Below are positions 26,057-39,699 of a DNA stretch of 64,000 nucleotides, one piece after another; positions within the stretch are counted from its first letter, which is position 1, and each line of letters opens with the position of its first letter. Below the pieces are notes generated by a model. The model had not been told where the DNA came from, did not search any database, and saw only the letters and a program-made list of their open reading frames with translations. Source of the stretch: Octopus sinensis (Eukaryota); NCBI RefSeq assembly GCF_006345805.1, contig NC_043000.1, positions 7,688,001 to 7,752,000 on the forward strand, in the 5' to 3' direction. A program made the position numbers and the translations under genes.

Positions 26057-29000
26057 ATTTATTTCAGGTCAGAATGGACTCCCAGGTCCATTCTGACCTG
26101 AAATGGTAGTCCCTGGCTAGTTTCCAATATATGGGCAAAATAGGTTTTGTAAGAGTAGATTGAGCTCCTTAGCTGCAGTGAAAGCAATCCATGTCAGGGA
26201 ACTCCCAAATCAATCCCCTCTTCCAACATGCCATAAACCAGCAGAGAAGAGGATGGCTAATGAAACTAGCATCAGGTACTTCCATTAACGTAGTTTCATA
26301 CCTTGGAAGCAAGTCTCTAACATTAGTGCACATTCTGCTGCAGGCAGAAGTAGTGGGAAATGATGATGAATGCTTTTACAAACTGTTGGATGCTGCTCAG
26401 TTATATGAACTCTAAACACTACTTATGCTCTAGTAACTAAACTTAGTGGACTATATTTCTGATGGAGCCATACCCCACTCATTAATATTTACTGTATCAT
26501 TGTTCTTTCACTTTTTTTTCTGGAAACTAAACATGTTTTTTCCAGTTGTTAGCTCAATTTTTTTTCTTTCTAATAAATACATTCTCTATATATTTTGAAT
26601 GTAGTTATTTTAGTATTTGATATATGAGACAGTCGTATATGTAAGCATTGCTTGTTAATGTGTGTGTATGATAAGTAGTGTGTGTGTATGTAACTGGAAA
26701 GATTTATCTTGACTCAGATTATTGACCAAACTCTTATCCAGATCTCCATGTCTGGTGATTCTGATGTCTATATAGATTCCCTGTCTACATTCTCTTATAT
26801 TATTAAATCGATATTTGAATAGTTGAAAGATTGCTTGCTTCCCTTATGCTCTGCTGCACTGTTTCTCAGAAAACTAGTGATAGCTATCATGTTTTTCAAG
26901 ATATTTTCTACAGAAAATGTTTAGCATTGCTTGATTTACTTTCCCATTCCCCTACAAAGAATATATAAATATAATTTAATTTTTTTTGTATTTTATCTAA
27001 AGATTCTTTTTTATTCTTTCTTATTACTTTTGTAAGTTTGATTAAATCTTTTCCTTGCTTTACTTAAAAATTATGTCCTTGAAGAAAGATTTGGAAGATT
27101 TTTCTTTTTTCAAGTTAACTTTGGAAATTAATATCTACATTTAAATAATATTACCTTTTTTTATATAATTTCGCCAAAACTAAATTCAGAAAGCCAAGCA
27201 AATCTCTTATATCTTCACTTACACACATACACACACACCAACTAATTTTTTGTTGTGTAACTTTAATTTGACATATGTTAATATAAATGGAAAAAGTTTC
27301 CTTTAAAAATTATAAATGGTGATGAAATAAAAAGAAAAGAAAAAATTTTGAAAATGTCTTATTTGTGGTTATTTTGGTTACATAAGGTGTATTTAGGTGT
27401 AAATGGCTAATGATTTTCACGTTTGAAATTTTTGGCAGACTAAAGAAATCAATCTACTCACTATGTATCTAGTAGTAAATTCTATAAGGTCAGTATAACC
27501 TTATTCTGAAATACAGTACTTGAATAACTGACCAAATATATTCAATTTTAGTTGATTGAGGAGGCTGATGTCAGGCTTATTTGTCAAGTGTTATTGCTTA
27601 TAGTTTAGGAAATAGTTGAGGAAATGATATTAAAATGCTGAAGAATAAGTGAAATGTAGAACCAGATTATTGTTAAAGGGTTGGCAGCCAGCATCGCTTT
27701 TATTCTATAGAGTTGCATTAGAAGAGAAAAATAAGTTTTTTCTATTATGGGTATGCAAAATGGCAAGAATCACACCAATGATGTGTAGATCCATTTTTAA
27801 CATGCTCCTCCTTGCTCAGATATGAACACAGCCTTTTGCTGTTGAGTTTTGTCTCAGGGAATGACTTATACTTATTGATGTGTATAAATATACTCATTCT
27901 AAGTGACATCAACGGACAATAAAACATCAGTGTTTCAGCCTGGTTGTACCTCCTCAGTGATAGACATCACCTGGTCTTTTGGAACTAGACAAAGTCAATT
28001 GCTCCTATCAATTGTTTTTTATCAAGAAAATAAGTGGGTGATATGTTCAGAAGAGCTTATATCAGCAGATATTTTATGTGCTACTATGGGAAAGATTAAG
28101 AACATGTATATATATATAATCCAAATGGAGATAAACATTTTTGTTCCATGTGGCAGGCTTGACAATTGATAGGGAATTTCTCTCTTAATATGAAACCAAT
28201 GGTGGCCTTAACCCATAAATAAAGAATTCTTATCCACCAATGCAGTGGATTCACATTGTTTGATATTAAGGCATGCATAAAGTGATCAAACTTAAAGTAT
28301 TCAATTAAAGTTTCTTGTTAATTTATATTCCAAACACCACCTCATTAATGACAAAGTAATTTTACTAAATTCTTCATTATTTTCAAAATTAATTGACGCC
28401 AAAAGTAGCAATACGTAACAAAGGAGTTAAAGGCATTCCAGCCATAACTATTCTGTTATTTAGTGTGTAATTTCTAGAAGATTTGGTTGCTGTTTGAGCA
28501 GACCGAGTAGCCATATAGAGGCTTCCTTATTAACTTGAATTGAAAGATGTAAATATGAAAGGTCATACAAGAATGTTTTATAACTTTAAATGTTACATTT
28601 AAATGTCTCATCAGGCAGGGGATTATAGAAACCTTTTGTCTAATCCCATTCTTTTACTACAGTAGATCAGCTTATTGAATATGAAGCTACCATTATGATT
28701 TTCTCAATATTTTGTAATAGATATTTTTAATGTGAATTTTTCTTAATTCCACTTTGCCAGAAAAAATTGCTCAAGACTTTGAAGAATGACTACAGCAGAA
28801 ATGAGTAAGTAAATTTAGTTCAATTCTTTTGCTTATACATACATACATACATACATACATACATACATACATACATGCATGCATGCATATGTACATGTGG
28901 TGTATGCAGGAGATTTGAAGTAAGACACCTACCTTCTCTTTGTCAACGCAGACCTCTCCAGTGGTAATGCACCCTTCCACATGGCCTGACCCAAACGCTA

Positions 29001-29392
29001 AAAATAGCAGGTGCTTCCCTCACCTTGTCGAAGCACTCACATGTCCAGCTCTGTCGGCTACCCCAATCAAAAAAGGCCCAATCGTCCCCTGCCTGTATGC
29101 ACGTCACTGCCGCACATTTCCTCTTCTGGTCAGCTCCAAAGTTCTGGTCAGCTCCCCAGCTGCTGACGTCATCCCACAATACATAGATGCATGCATGCTT
29201 GGCTGTGTGGTTAAGAAGCAGGTTTCCCGACCATGTGGTTTCAGGTTCAGTCCAACCAAAATGGACATTAAACAATGCTTTTGCTACTGATGATGATGAT
29301 GATGATGATGATGTGTGTGTGTCATCATCATTTAGCGTCCGCTTTCCATGCTAGCATGGGTTGGACTTATATATATATATATATATGTATAG

Positions 29393-29702
29393 GTGGAGGT
29401 GCAATGGCCCAGTGATTAGGGCAGTGGACTCGCGGTGGGAGGATCGTGGTTTTCGATTCCCAGACTGGGTGTTGTGAGTGTTTATTGAGCAAAAACACCT
29501 AAAGCTCCACGAGGCTCCTGCAGGGGGTGGTGGTGATCCCTGCTCTACTCTTTTGCCGCAACTTTCTCTCTTTCTTCTGTTGGCCTGCTCTCTTAGCCAG
29601 CGGGGTGGTGTCATTTGAAGGCTAAAACAATGCAAAGCGCATTGTGACCAGCGATGTGTAGCAACATCTGATAGCCTGGTTGGTCACGGTGATCATGGTG
29701 AT
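29393..29702 (+). mobile_element. tRNA(Arg)-like SINE group 2, tail variant Y
   Basis: Head nearly identical to 50542, but with a different tail (ggctaaaacaatgcaaagcgcattgtgaccagcgatg). Confidence 0.85.
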
Positions 29703-29957
29703 ATATATGTATAGGTTCATTTGTAGAAATACATAAATCCAGAGGTGACTGCAAGATGGCAATGTAGCTGAAGATTGATGGATGGTGGCAAAAGGAGATA
29801 ATCACCTAGGGTTTTACCCTTAAAAACTAGGCTTTTCCCTCCTCCATATTTTAAAGAGGTCTCAGGCCAGCAGTGTTTGGGGTCTGAAGATATGCTGTAA
29901 GGCTAAACCCCTTATGAAACCCAGGGTAACCCCATAAACTGGACTACCCCACTATAT

Positions 29958-30000
<43 letters not shown>

Positions 30001-30053
30001 CACACATACACAAAAGGCTTTGATAAACCACAATCTACCCTCATTGTTTACAT

Positions 30054-30363
30054 CATGTATGTGTCAGTGTTGTGTCTTTGGATAGGCAACACAAGCAGTG
30101 TCCTTCCCAAACCTAAATTATTAATATTAATTATGCAACGTATAAAGTAAATGATTTCCCATTCACTCTAAATATGCTAATTTAATGCATGCAATTCAGT
30201 AACTGGCTTCTATTTTAATGTTAGACAGGCACAATATCGCCCGTCTTTCATGTTCATTCTATATATTAAGCATAACGATATTAATTGCGAGTGCAGCTTT
30301 GATACAATGAATATAATGAAAGTAACAGCAGAAGCTAAACTGCCTCTGTAAGTGGCTATTACA

Positions 30364-30395
<32 letters not shown>

Positions 30396-30740
30396 ATGCA
30401 TGCGTGTGCGCATGTGTGCATGTTTGTGTGTGCATGTATGTGTCAGTGTTGTGTCTTTGGATAGGCCACACAGCAGTGTCCTTCCCAAACCTAAATTATC
30501 AATATTAATTATGCAACGTATAAAGTAAATGATTTCCCATTCACTCTAAATATGCTAATTTAATGCATGCAATTCAGTAACTGCTTCTATTTTAATTGTT
30601 AGACAGGCACAATATCCCCCGTCTTTCATGTTCATTCTATATATTAAGCATAAACGATATTAATTGCGAGTGCAGCTTTGATACCTGATATAATGAAAGT
30701 AACAGCAGAAGCTAAACTGCCTCTGTAAGTGGCTATTACA

Positions 30741-30774
<34 letters not shown>

Positions 30775-30810
30775 TGCATGCGTGTGCGCATGTTGTGCAT
30801 GTTTGTGTGT
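30054..30810. repeat. Tandem duplication of about 379 bp
   Basis: Units start at 30054 and 30433 and differ mainly by small indels. Confidence 0.9.
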
Positions 30811-30943
30811 GTTTATGTGCTGATATCACATCTTTACATTATATGTTTGTTATGGTTAATGGATCTAATTTTCAGAGAAATATTTCATTTCATGTAAGTG
30901 CATAAAGCAATATATTTAATATATTCGTATTCGTCATCATCAG

Positions 30944-30990
<47 letters not shown>

Positions 30991-32250
30991 ATCATCATCA
31001 TCATCATCATGTCATCATTTAATGTTTTTTTTCTCAATTCTGTCATGGATTGGACAGTTTGACATAAATCAATGAGCGTAAGGGCTGTGTTGAGCTTCAA
31101 TATTTGCTTTGGCTTAGATCCTACAGTTGGATGCCCTTCATAATTCTAACCACTTTACAGAGTGTACTGGGTGCTTTTCTTTGTGGCGCCAGCACTAGTC
31201 AGGTCACCTAGTTCTTGCAAAACAAGACCTCCTCAACTGATTGGGGAATAGTATTGAAGGATGTGAAAGCATTGAAAGAGGGACAGGAACAAGTGTCTTG
31301 CTGAAGAGCAGACCACATGGATCCCCAAGCTGGAAAAAAAGGGGAGAGAGAGAGACAGATGGTGAGAGTGTACTCTCAAAGTACAAGGGGAATATGAGAG
31401 AAAATAGAGTTAGAGGAACAGAAAAGGTGGGTATGTAGGCATAGGTTTGGGGACAGAGGGTGCAAGGGGTGCAAGCATAACCCTTAAATTAAAATTTTTT
31501 TTTTGGTGAGTTGATGAAAATGCTTTGAACAGCCTCCTGAAGAATTGGGTTTGCACCCTTAAGGAAATTTTGTTCCTGCGCTTATGTGTGTAGGTAAGTT
31601 CACTATGAAAAGAATGTGACTGACAGATGATTAGTGATGGAGATCGACATTGATGTAGTGAATATTAGTTTGTGAAAGGGGAAAGAAATAGGAGTTGGTC
31701 AGGGAGGAGGAGAAGGATGTGGTAAGAGATAGTGGTAGGGATACAATGTGAAGGGTAGGGGGATAAATAGTCTCATTTACAGCACCTGAGAGAGTAGTAT
31801 TGCAATTAGGAGACTGATAGAGGGACAGGTGTTAGAAAATGAATTGTGGGCAAGGGTATGACAAAATCTCAATTTTGCTGAGATGGACAAGTATAGCATA
31901 TTGCCATTCATCTCAGTTCCCTGTCATGTCCTTCGAGATGATCAACATTTTGAGGTCAGTCTTCCCTACTTCTTCACACATCTTCCTGGTTTCCCCTTTT
32001 CCACAAGTTCCATTCACACTTAGCGATCAGTGAATCTAAACACACCTCATGACCATACCAGTGCAGTCTTCTCTCATACACATCTGATGTCTCTTATGTC
32101 TAGCTTTTCCTCTCTACAGATTTGTATCTTATTGTGCATGCATACATCCACACTGACATTGAGCATGCTAGTTTCATTTCTTTTTAGTCTTCATTTCTCC
32201 TCTGCATTCATAGCAGGGTTTATTATTATTATTATCATTATTATTATTAT

Positions 32251-32635
32251 TGCCTTTGCACAGCTTCTAATGCTGGAGATGTACTGCGGTGTCAGCTGTT
32301 CACTACCAGTGAACTAAGGTAACACCTCTTATTTTTTGAGCACATTCCAGAGTATCCGGGCAGTTCCAAGCAGTACTGTTTTCTGCAAGTGCTCCACCCT
32401 TATTGCAGCCCCTATTTGTTCCACGTACTTCTCAAGATTTTTGCTCTCTGTTCCCAGGGCTCTAACAATTATTGGTACTACTACCACCTTTTTCTTCGAC
32501 CACAACTGCTTAACTTCCCAACCTAACCTGTCATATCTCTCAACTTTCCTTTCTTCCTTATCGCATACCTTGTTGTCAGCTGGGCAGGCTATGTCTATGG
32601 TCCAGCATAGTTTGTTTTCTCCTGTTTTCTCTTTG
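32251..32635 (-). mobile_element. R4/Dong-clade LINE 3' end inserted in (TAA)n
   Basis: Open frame IDIACPADNKV..KVERYDRLGWEVKQLW..VVPIIVRALG..LQKTVLLGTARILWNVLKK* (stop at 32329-32331), with (TAT)n tracts on both sides. Confidence 0.85.
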
Positions 32636-32655
32636 TTTATTATTATTATTATTAA

Positions 32656-32700
<45 letters not shown>

Positions 32701-33539
32701 TACTACCTATAATTGGTCCTCTTCAGCCTCACATGTCAAAGGTTCAAACTAAGAGAGTTCACTTCCAGAACAATATAAAGAAAATCATCAGTTTTTCACT
32801 TAGATATTGTTAACGAGGACATGCCTTATGACATTCACAAATGTACATGCATACACATACTCACATACACTTTCACACACATATGCAATAACGAAAAAAG
32901 AGAAAACAAGAGGTTAAAAACTTTTCAGAAGTCCTGTGTGTGTATAAACACATACACATGTACACACACACACACACACACATTGTAATCACAAGCTTGT
33001 GTAGGCACAGTCGTGACTGTGTGTTCAGAAGTTTACTCCCCAAATTGTCCAAGATGCCATGCAGTGGGACTGAACCCAGAACCATGTGGTTAGGAAGCAA
33101 ACATCTTACTGCACTGCCATGCCTGCACCTTTGTCTATGTACATATAAGGCATATCTAGGTGTGTTCAGTTTCCTGTCATAAACTTAGATATCTATTTCG
33201 TATCAAACTAAGCCTTTTAGCTGATTTCTATCCTAAGACTTCCTCTGCAACACCTACAATCACTACCACATTGCAAGAAGCAAGATAAGGCAGCAAAGAG
33301 ATTACTGCCCAGTATGAGATCTTGTGTTAATTCATTTTTTTTTCTCTCATACTTCTGAATGTGATGTAGTTTGATTTTAACATTTTGGTCACATATAAGT
33401 CATCATTTTCTATCATGTAAACTCCAGGAACAAGTTAGGCTTCCATTTTCCCCTTCAGTTTCTTTATATATTGTTCACCCTTCTTTATCTTGATATGAAT
33501 TAATGTGTATTTTTATTTTGTGGCCACTTTCCCAGCAAA

Positions 33540-33966
33540 TGGCTGTGTGGTAAGTAGCTTGCTTATAAACCACATGGTTCCGGTTTCAGTCCCACTGCAT
33601 GGCACCTTGGGCAAGTGTCTTCTACTATAGCCTCATTGCCAACCAAATCCTCGTGAATGGATTTGGTAGACGGAAACTGAAAGAAGCCCATCGTTTAATG
33701 TATATATATGTATATATATATGTATGTGTGTGTGTGTATGTATGTGTGTGTATATGTTTGTGTCTGTGTTTGTACCCCCAACATCTCATGACAACCGATG
33801 CTGGTGTGTTTACGTCCCTGTAACTTAGCAGTTCGGTAAAAGAGACCGATAGAATAAGTACTAGGCTTACAAAGAATAAGTCCTGGAGTCGATTTGCTCA
33901 ACTAAAGGTGGTGCTCCAGCATGGCCACAGTCAAATGACTGAAACAAATAAAAAGAGTAAAAGAGT
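33540..33966 (+). mobile_element. SINE family 1
   Basis: Matches 8267-8680. Confidence 0.88.
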
Positions 33967-34378
33967 TACATTTGGTTGTTTCTACTTAGCTGTGTAGTAA
34001 GAAGTTTGCTTCCCAACCACATGGTTCTGGGTTCAGTCCCTCTGCATAGCACCTTAGACAAGTGTCTTCTACTATAAAAGCCTTGCAAATGGATCTGGTA
34101 GATGCAAACTGAAAAGGCACCCTTCATATACACATACGTAAATGTGTGTGAGTGTGTGTGCGTGTGTGTGTATCATCATTATCTAACGTTTGTTTTCCAT
34201 GCTGGCATGGGTTGGACAGTTTGTGTGGTGCTGGTAAGGCCAGGAGCTACACCAAGCCCCATTGTCTGTTCTGGCTTATTTCTATGGCTGGATGCCCTTA
34301 CCAATACCAATTAATTCACATAATGTACTGGGTGCCACCACTAGTGCTTTTTGATGTAGCCACCAGCATATATATATA

Positions 34379-34412
<34 letters not shown>

Positions 34413-34418
34413 ATAAAT

Positions 34419-34759
34419 ATTAGGAATAAATCAAATTTGCAGGGAAAAATCAGATTTAGGATTGAATCCAATTTTATAGTAAAATATTATATTATATTAA
34501 TTAGAGATAAAACCACTATTATGCAAATCAAACAAAGAAAGACTTAAGCCAATACATAAAATTTTTTATATAAATTAAATATAATTAAAATAATCACTAC
34601 GATCGTTTTGAAACCACCTGAAGAATGTCTCATAGAAGTGCTGACACGAAACGATCGTAGTGGTTATTTTAATTATATTTAATTTATATAAAATTTTTTA
34701 TGTATTGGCTTAAGTCTTTCTTTGTTTGATTTGTATAATAGTGGTTTTATCTCTAATCA

Positions 34760-34760
<1 letters not shown>
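34419..34760. mobile_element. Fold-back element, hammerhead family C
   Basis: Arm 34500-34608 is inverted at 34649-34757; the spacer holds the 5' half of the ribozyme. Flanked by (TA)n on both sides. Confidence 0.8.
34612..34665 (+). ncRNA. Type I hammerhead ribozyme
   Basis: AACCAC CUGAAGA aUGUC-13nt-GACAc GAAA CGAUCG UA GUGGUU. Six-bp stem I, intact core, palindromic stem III ACGAUCGU and GUA site; one A-C mismatch at the base of stem II. Confidence 0.85.
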
Positions 34761-34797
<37 letters not shown>

Positions 34798-34998
34798 TAT
34801 GTGTGTGGCACCAGCATACATATATATATACATGCTCTTACATACGCACGCGCACCTTTGTTTTGGGATCACCACTACTTTATTATCTCCCCTTCTTCCT
34901 AGCTCTCCTGTGTGACCCCTCTGTACAGCATTCACCATGATAGATCGCTAGCCACTAAACCTTTTTCCTATTTTCTCTCCCTGTTTATTTCTGTGTTC

Positions 34999-35034
34999 CT
35001 TTCTGTCAAAGAGCATAGGCTCGAAACGTAAAAG
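34999..35034 (+). ncRNA. Variant or decayed minimal hammerhead within a (TA)n-flanked repeat (about 34850-35120)
   Basis: CTTT CTGTCAA A GAGC atag GCTC GAAA C GTA AAAG. Stems I, II and III are present, but the CUGANGA box is divergent. Confidence 0.55.
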
Positions 35035-35148
35035 ACTTTCGCACTTCCTGAGTGTTAAACTAATACATCTGCTTGTTGTTTACACACCCATCTTCGTCTT
35101 TTGTTTTTTTGTAAATTCTCATTATATATTTATATATATACATTCACA

Positions 35149-35190
<42 letters not shown>

Positions 35191-35882
35191 GGCATGTGTG
35201 TGTGTGTGTATGTTACTGTCTCCTTGCCTTGACATCATGTGATAGTTGTAAGCAAGTGACACTGTCATACAAGCAGTGTTCTTCATCTTTCAATCTTCCA
35301 TGAAATCAAATCTGGTCATGGGGAAAATATTACTTTGCTTTGAAACAAGTAAGGGTTAGCAACAGGAAGAGCATTTTGCAACCCGGAACCATGTGGTTGG
35401 TAAGCAAACTTCTTACCACACAGCCATACCTAGTTTCTTTTCTAGCCTATGGTATTCAAAATCGCAGTGCAACACATTTGTATATTTTGTGTGTTTCATT
35501 ATAGTTCTGTTATCCTCTTCCATCCTTACACCAAATTTCTTCCAGAAAAAGAGAAAAAAAAAATCTATATTATTTATCTGAGCAACAGCGGTTATTATCT
35601 TCCTTCCATATTCAGTGTGAATATCTGCAGATTGTAGATAGTAAGTCTGCAGACATTGTGATTGCATCAGAGTTTTGGACTGCAGGTCATGAGGTGAAAT
35701 ATTTTATGCATTTCATGTCACTTGTACTTCTTTTATGATGAAATGTTAGAATTTTTCTCTAAACTATGATTCCAAGACAAGCTAATGGCTAGGGTTTTAT
35801 GTGGTTGCATGACCTGCTAGAATTTACAGCAAAAATTCTTTTAAATGAAGCACTACATCATCATCATCATCAATGTTTTTAA

Positions 35883-36105
35883 CCCTTTGGCATTCAAACC
35901 GGCCACATCAGGCCCAGATGTTTTACATGCTTTATGTTCAAACAGAGCAGATCTGACCTCTCACCCCTACCCTGCAATGTCATTCTGAAAACTAAACAAT
36001 CACATCATTGAAATCTTAAAGCTACAAGACAATGCATGGTTAATTTAAAACAATGTGAATAAATAAGCATTATATATCTGAAAAAATAATCTGGATGCTG
36101 AAGGG
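35883..36105. mobile_element. piggyBac-type MITE
   Basis: TTAA|CCCTT...AAGGG|TTAA termini. Related pieces at 7912-8180, 51615-52245 (split by a SINE) and 61197-61283. Confidence 0.75.
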
Positions 36106-36264
36106 TTAATTTTCACTTTTCAATGGTTGCATGGGTCAGGCAGAATTTGTTGAGGCAGATTTTCTACAGCTGGATGTCCTTCCTGTCACTCCATGACCAA
36201 ACATGTTTCCCCAGAATATTAAAGACAAAAGACACCTCTTCTCATGCATGTTAGTGATGCCTAC

Positions 36265-36495
36265 TCTTTTACTCTTTTACTTGTTTCAGTCATTTGACTG
36301 TGGCCATGGTGAAGCACCGCCTTTAGTCGAGCAAATCGACCCCAGGACTTATTCTTTGTAAGCCTAGTACTTATTCTATCGGTCTCTTTTGCCGAACCGC
36401 TAAGTTACAGGGACGTAAACACACCAGCATCGGTTGGGGGGACAAATACAGACACACAAACATACACACACACACACACACACCACACACACACA

Positions 36496-36526
<31 letters not shown>

Positions 36527-36672
36527 CATGTATACAACGGGCTTTTCAGTTTCTGTCTACCAAATCCACTCACAAGGCTTTGGTCGGCCCGAGGCTATAG
36601 TGGGAGACACTTGCCCAAGGTGCCATGCAGTGGGACTGAACCCAGAACCATACCACACAGCCATTCCTGTGC
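36265..36672 (-). mobile_element. SINE family 1
   Basis: Reverse complement of 8267-8680 with small deletions. Confidence 0.88.
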
Positions 36673-38509
36673 TTGTTTACAACTATCATATGAAGATGAG
36701 GAGATAATAACAAACACATACACCCACACACACACCTACACACACTCTATCCCTCTCTCTCATGCATGCACACACATGCATATAACAGGCCTCTTTCAGT
36801 TTTCTTTTACCAAGTCTAATTATAAGGCTTTGGTCTAGAGTTGAAAACACTCACCAAAGGTGCCATGCAGTGAGACTGAACCTATAACCATATGATTGGC
36901 AAGCAAGCTTTTTACTACACAACCAGGCCTGTGCCTACAAAATAAAAAAAAAAACCCCAGAATATTGGGTAATGTAGTCTCAGGTACACTGTTTTAGTTA
37001 TCTTTTATACAGGATGGAAGACAGTGTCCAGAACCCTTTACAGGGTCTCCCAGACTGGTGGAAGGAATAGTGGAAAGTATCTTCAAACCAGAGACCTGAA
37101 TGCTTATAACAGAACAAAGTCAGAAAGTGTCAGACATTGAAAGTGTCAGGTAGTGGTACTGAAATAGCGATTGATTAAGTCTGTTACCCTTTAGTCCATA
37201 ATGATACCTGGGAAAATAGAAGAGATGGTCACTTCTAGGATATCATTGCTCAGAAATCTCTTTGATCCAGGCCAGTTTCAGAAAAGAACAACAACTGGTT
37301 CCAAAATAACTTGCAAATGTTTTGAATTTGTAAAGCGATCTAAATCCTGCCCTTGCCATAAACTAAATACAATAGGAATCAATAAGGGAACTTCTCTGTG
37401 GTAGATTGAGCAGCCAAAAATAGTAGCCAAATTTTCCTCAGTTCTTTGCTATTCTAAAGAAAGGGTAGGTTCATTGATTCTAGATACGCTACATCTAAAT
37501 AAATGATGGGTTTATCACGACCAGAAAAGTTTATGATGAGAGTTTTGTTTGACTTGTGTTTGGTAACAACATTAACAAAACAAAACCCATTAGAAATGAA
37601 CAAAAAAAAAAGAAACAAGCCACATATAATCTATTTCACTTCCTTCCTGTTTCATTTGTTATTCAATTCCGGTGTCAATGCAGCAATGAAACTGTCAAAA
37701 TTAGAATGAGATGTACATACATGTATATATACACACACATGCACATACACACACACACACATGTATATAGTTTAACTAAAATGAATATATCACTGACATT
37801 ATATTTACACAAAATAGTGCAATTTTCGATGACCCAGATAAAAAAAATCCTAAGAGTTTCTCTAATATATATTAGTGTTGAATTTGGTTTTAATGGCTTA
37901 CTTAGAAATCCTTTAGCTTAAGACTAAAGGGTTTTCCATTTCCCTCTTTTAAAAACACTTGAAATTTTTTATGGGGTGGATTTGTTACCAATTTTACTTA
38001 TGCACATACTTATACTTACCAATTTCCTCAATCTCAAATTTTACCATTATATTCTTAGGTTAGGTAGAGTTGAATTTCTCCCTATTCACTTTTGGGTCAC
38101 AGCCACAAGAGTTTGGTGAATTATTCTGCTTCAGTCAAAGGCATTGTTGTAGTTACCATTGTTGTAGTTTCTTCATCATCAGTTTCCAGTCTCTTCCTTA
38201 TCCCACTGAGGTCGGTCAACTTTGCCTTTCATCTGTCTAGTGACAAAATAAATAAATAAATAAAAAACTTACTCTTACTCAAGGACTGGAATTTTTGGTA
38301 TTGACTTACTGCTTCCCTTCATGTTGGAAATGTCAGAAAAAATGTTGGAGAAAATGCTTTGTGGTATTTATTCTTGCTCTTTAGAAACTAAGTTCAAATC
38401 CATTCTGCTGAGGTGAACTTTATTTTCATCCCCCAGGGGTCGTTAAAATAAAGTAGCCATCAAATACAGGGGCTGACTGTGTTGTCTAAACTGCCTGTCC
38501 TCAATTCTT

Positions 38510-38830
38510 ATTTCTTAATTTATCAACCCCGAAAGGATGAAAGGCAAAGTCGACCTCGGTGGAATTTGAACTCAGAACCTAACGGCAGACGAAGTACCTA
38601 TTCCTTTACTACCCACAAAGGGCTAAACACAGAGGAGACAAACAAGGACAGACAAACGGATTAAGTCAATTATATCGACTCCAGTGTGTAACTGGTACTT
38701 AATTTATCAACCCCGAAAGGATGAAAGGCAAAGTCGACCTCGGTGGAATTTGAACTCAGAACCTAACGGCAGACGAAATACCGCTAAGCATTACGCCCAG
38801 CGCGCTAACGTTTCTGCCATCTTGCCACCT
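38510..38830 (-). mobile_element. SINE family 3 with partial tandem duplication
   Basis: 38515-38593 is repeated at 38698-38776. Confidence 0.8.
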
Positions 38831-39699
38831 TGCCCTCAATTCTGCTGACCTTGTGCCTAAATAAGAAACACTCTTCCTCATCCTGCTACTGCTGCTGCTG
38901 TTGACAGAATTGTTAGCTTAGCATGTTGAGCAAAATGGCTAGTAGCATTTCATTCATCTTTACATTCTGTGCTTAAATTCTGCCAAGGTTGAATTTCCCT
39001 GTCATTCTTTCGGGGTCGATAAAATAAGTACCAGTTGAACACTGGGGTTGATGTAATCATCTAGTCCCTCCCCGATAATTTTAGGTCTTGTGCCCATTAT
39101 AGAAAAGAATAGTATTATTTACTTACTCACGTCCTTCGTTCCCAATGGAGCATAGGCCACCAACGACTTTTCTCCTCTGCTCTCAAACTCTGGGCTGTCT
39201 TTTCTTCTTCCAGGTTAAATTGGTCTTGAATTGTCATTGATGCATCTGAAACTTTGGGTTTTTTTTTCTTGCCAGGGGTGTTGGCCCTATGCGAACCTGT
39301 TTTTGCCTCTGCAAAGAGGTGATACATGTTAGTCTGGCCTCTATCCTTTGACCTGTCGTGCATGGGAGGCCCTACACAGATTTTGCACTCCATTGGTATA
39401 GCTCTCAGAGTGGTTGTGGTACACAAGTCACCACATCATGACAAGGAATGGACCTAGTGATGGATTATTGTTATCATTCACCCTTCAGAATTATTGACCT
39501 TGGGTCAAAATTATCATTATTATTATTACCTTTGTCATGGGTCACTTAGGTTAATGGTACAGAGTGCTGATCTGAAGTTTAAGAAATATGAGGTACAATT
39601 CTCTCTAGTGGTTTGCCAGTCACTTTTTAGAAAGGCAGTGAGCTGGTAGAATCATTAGCATGACAGGCAAAATGCTTAGTGATATTTTATCTGGTTATA

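Noticed and set aside
27745-28100. Possible piggyBac C-terminal remnant on the minus strand (WCDSC motif)
   Set aside because: Similarity too weak to support by eye.
37012-37150. Exon after a strong acceptor (also 47256 and 57455)
   Set aside because: Frame and donor are ambiguous; mentioned only as leads.
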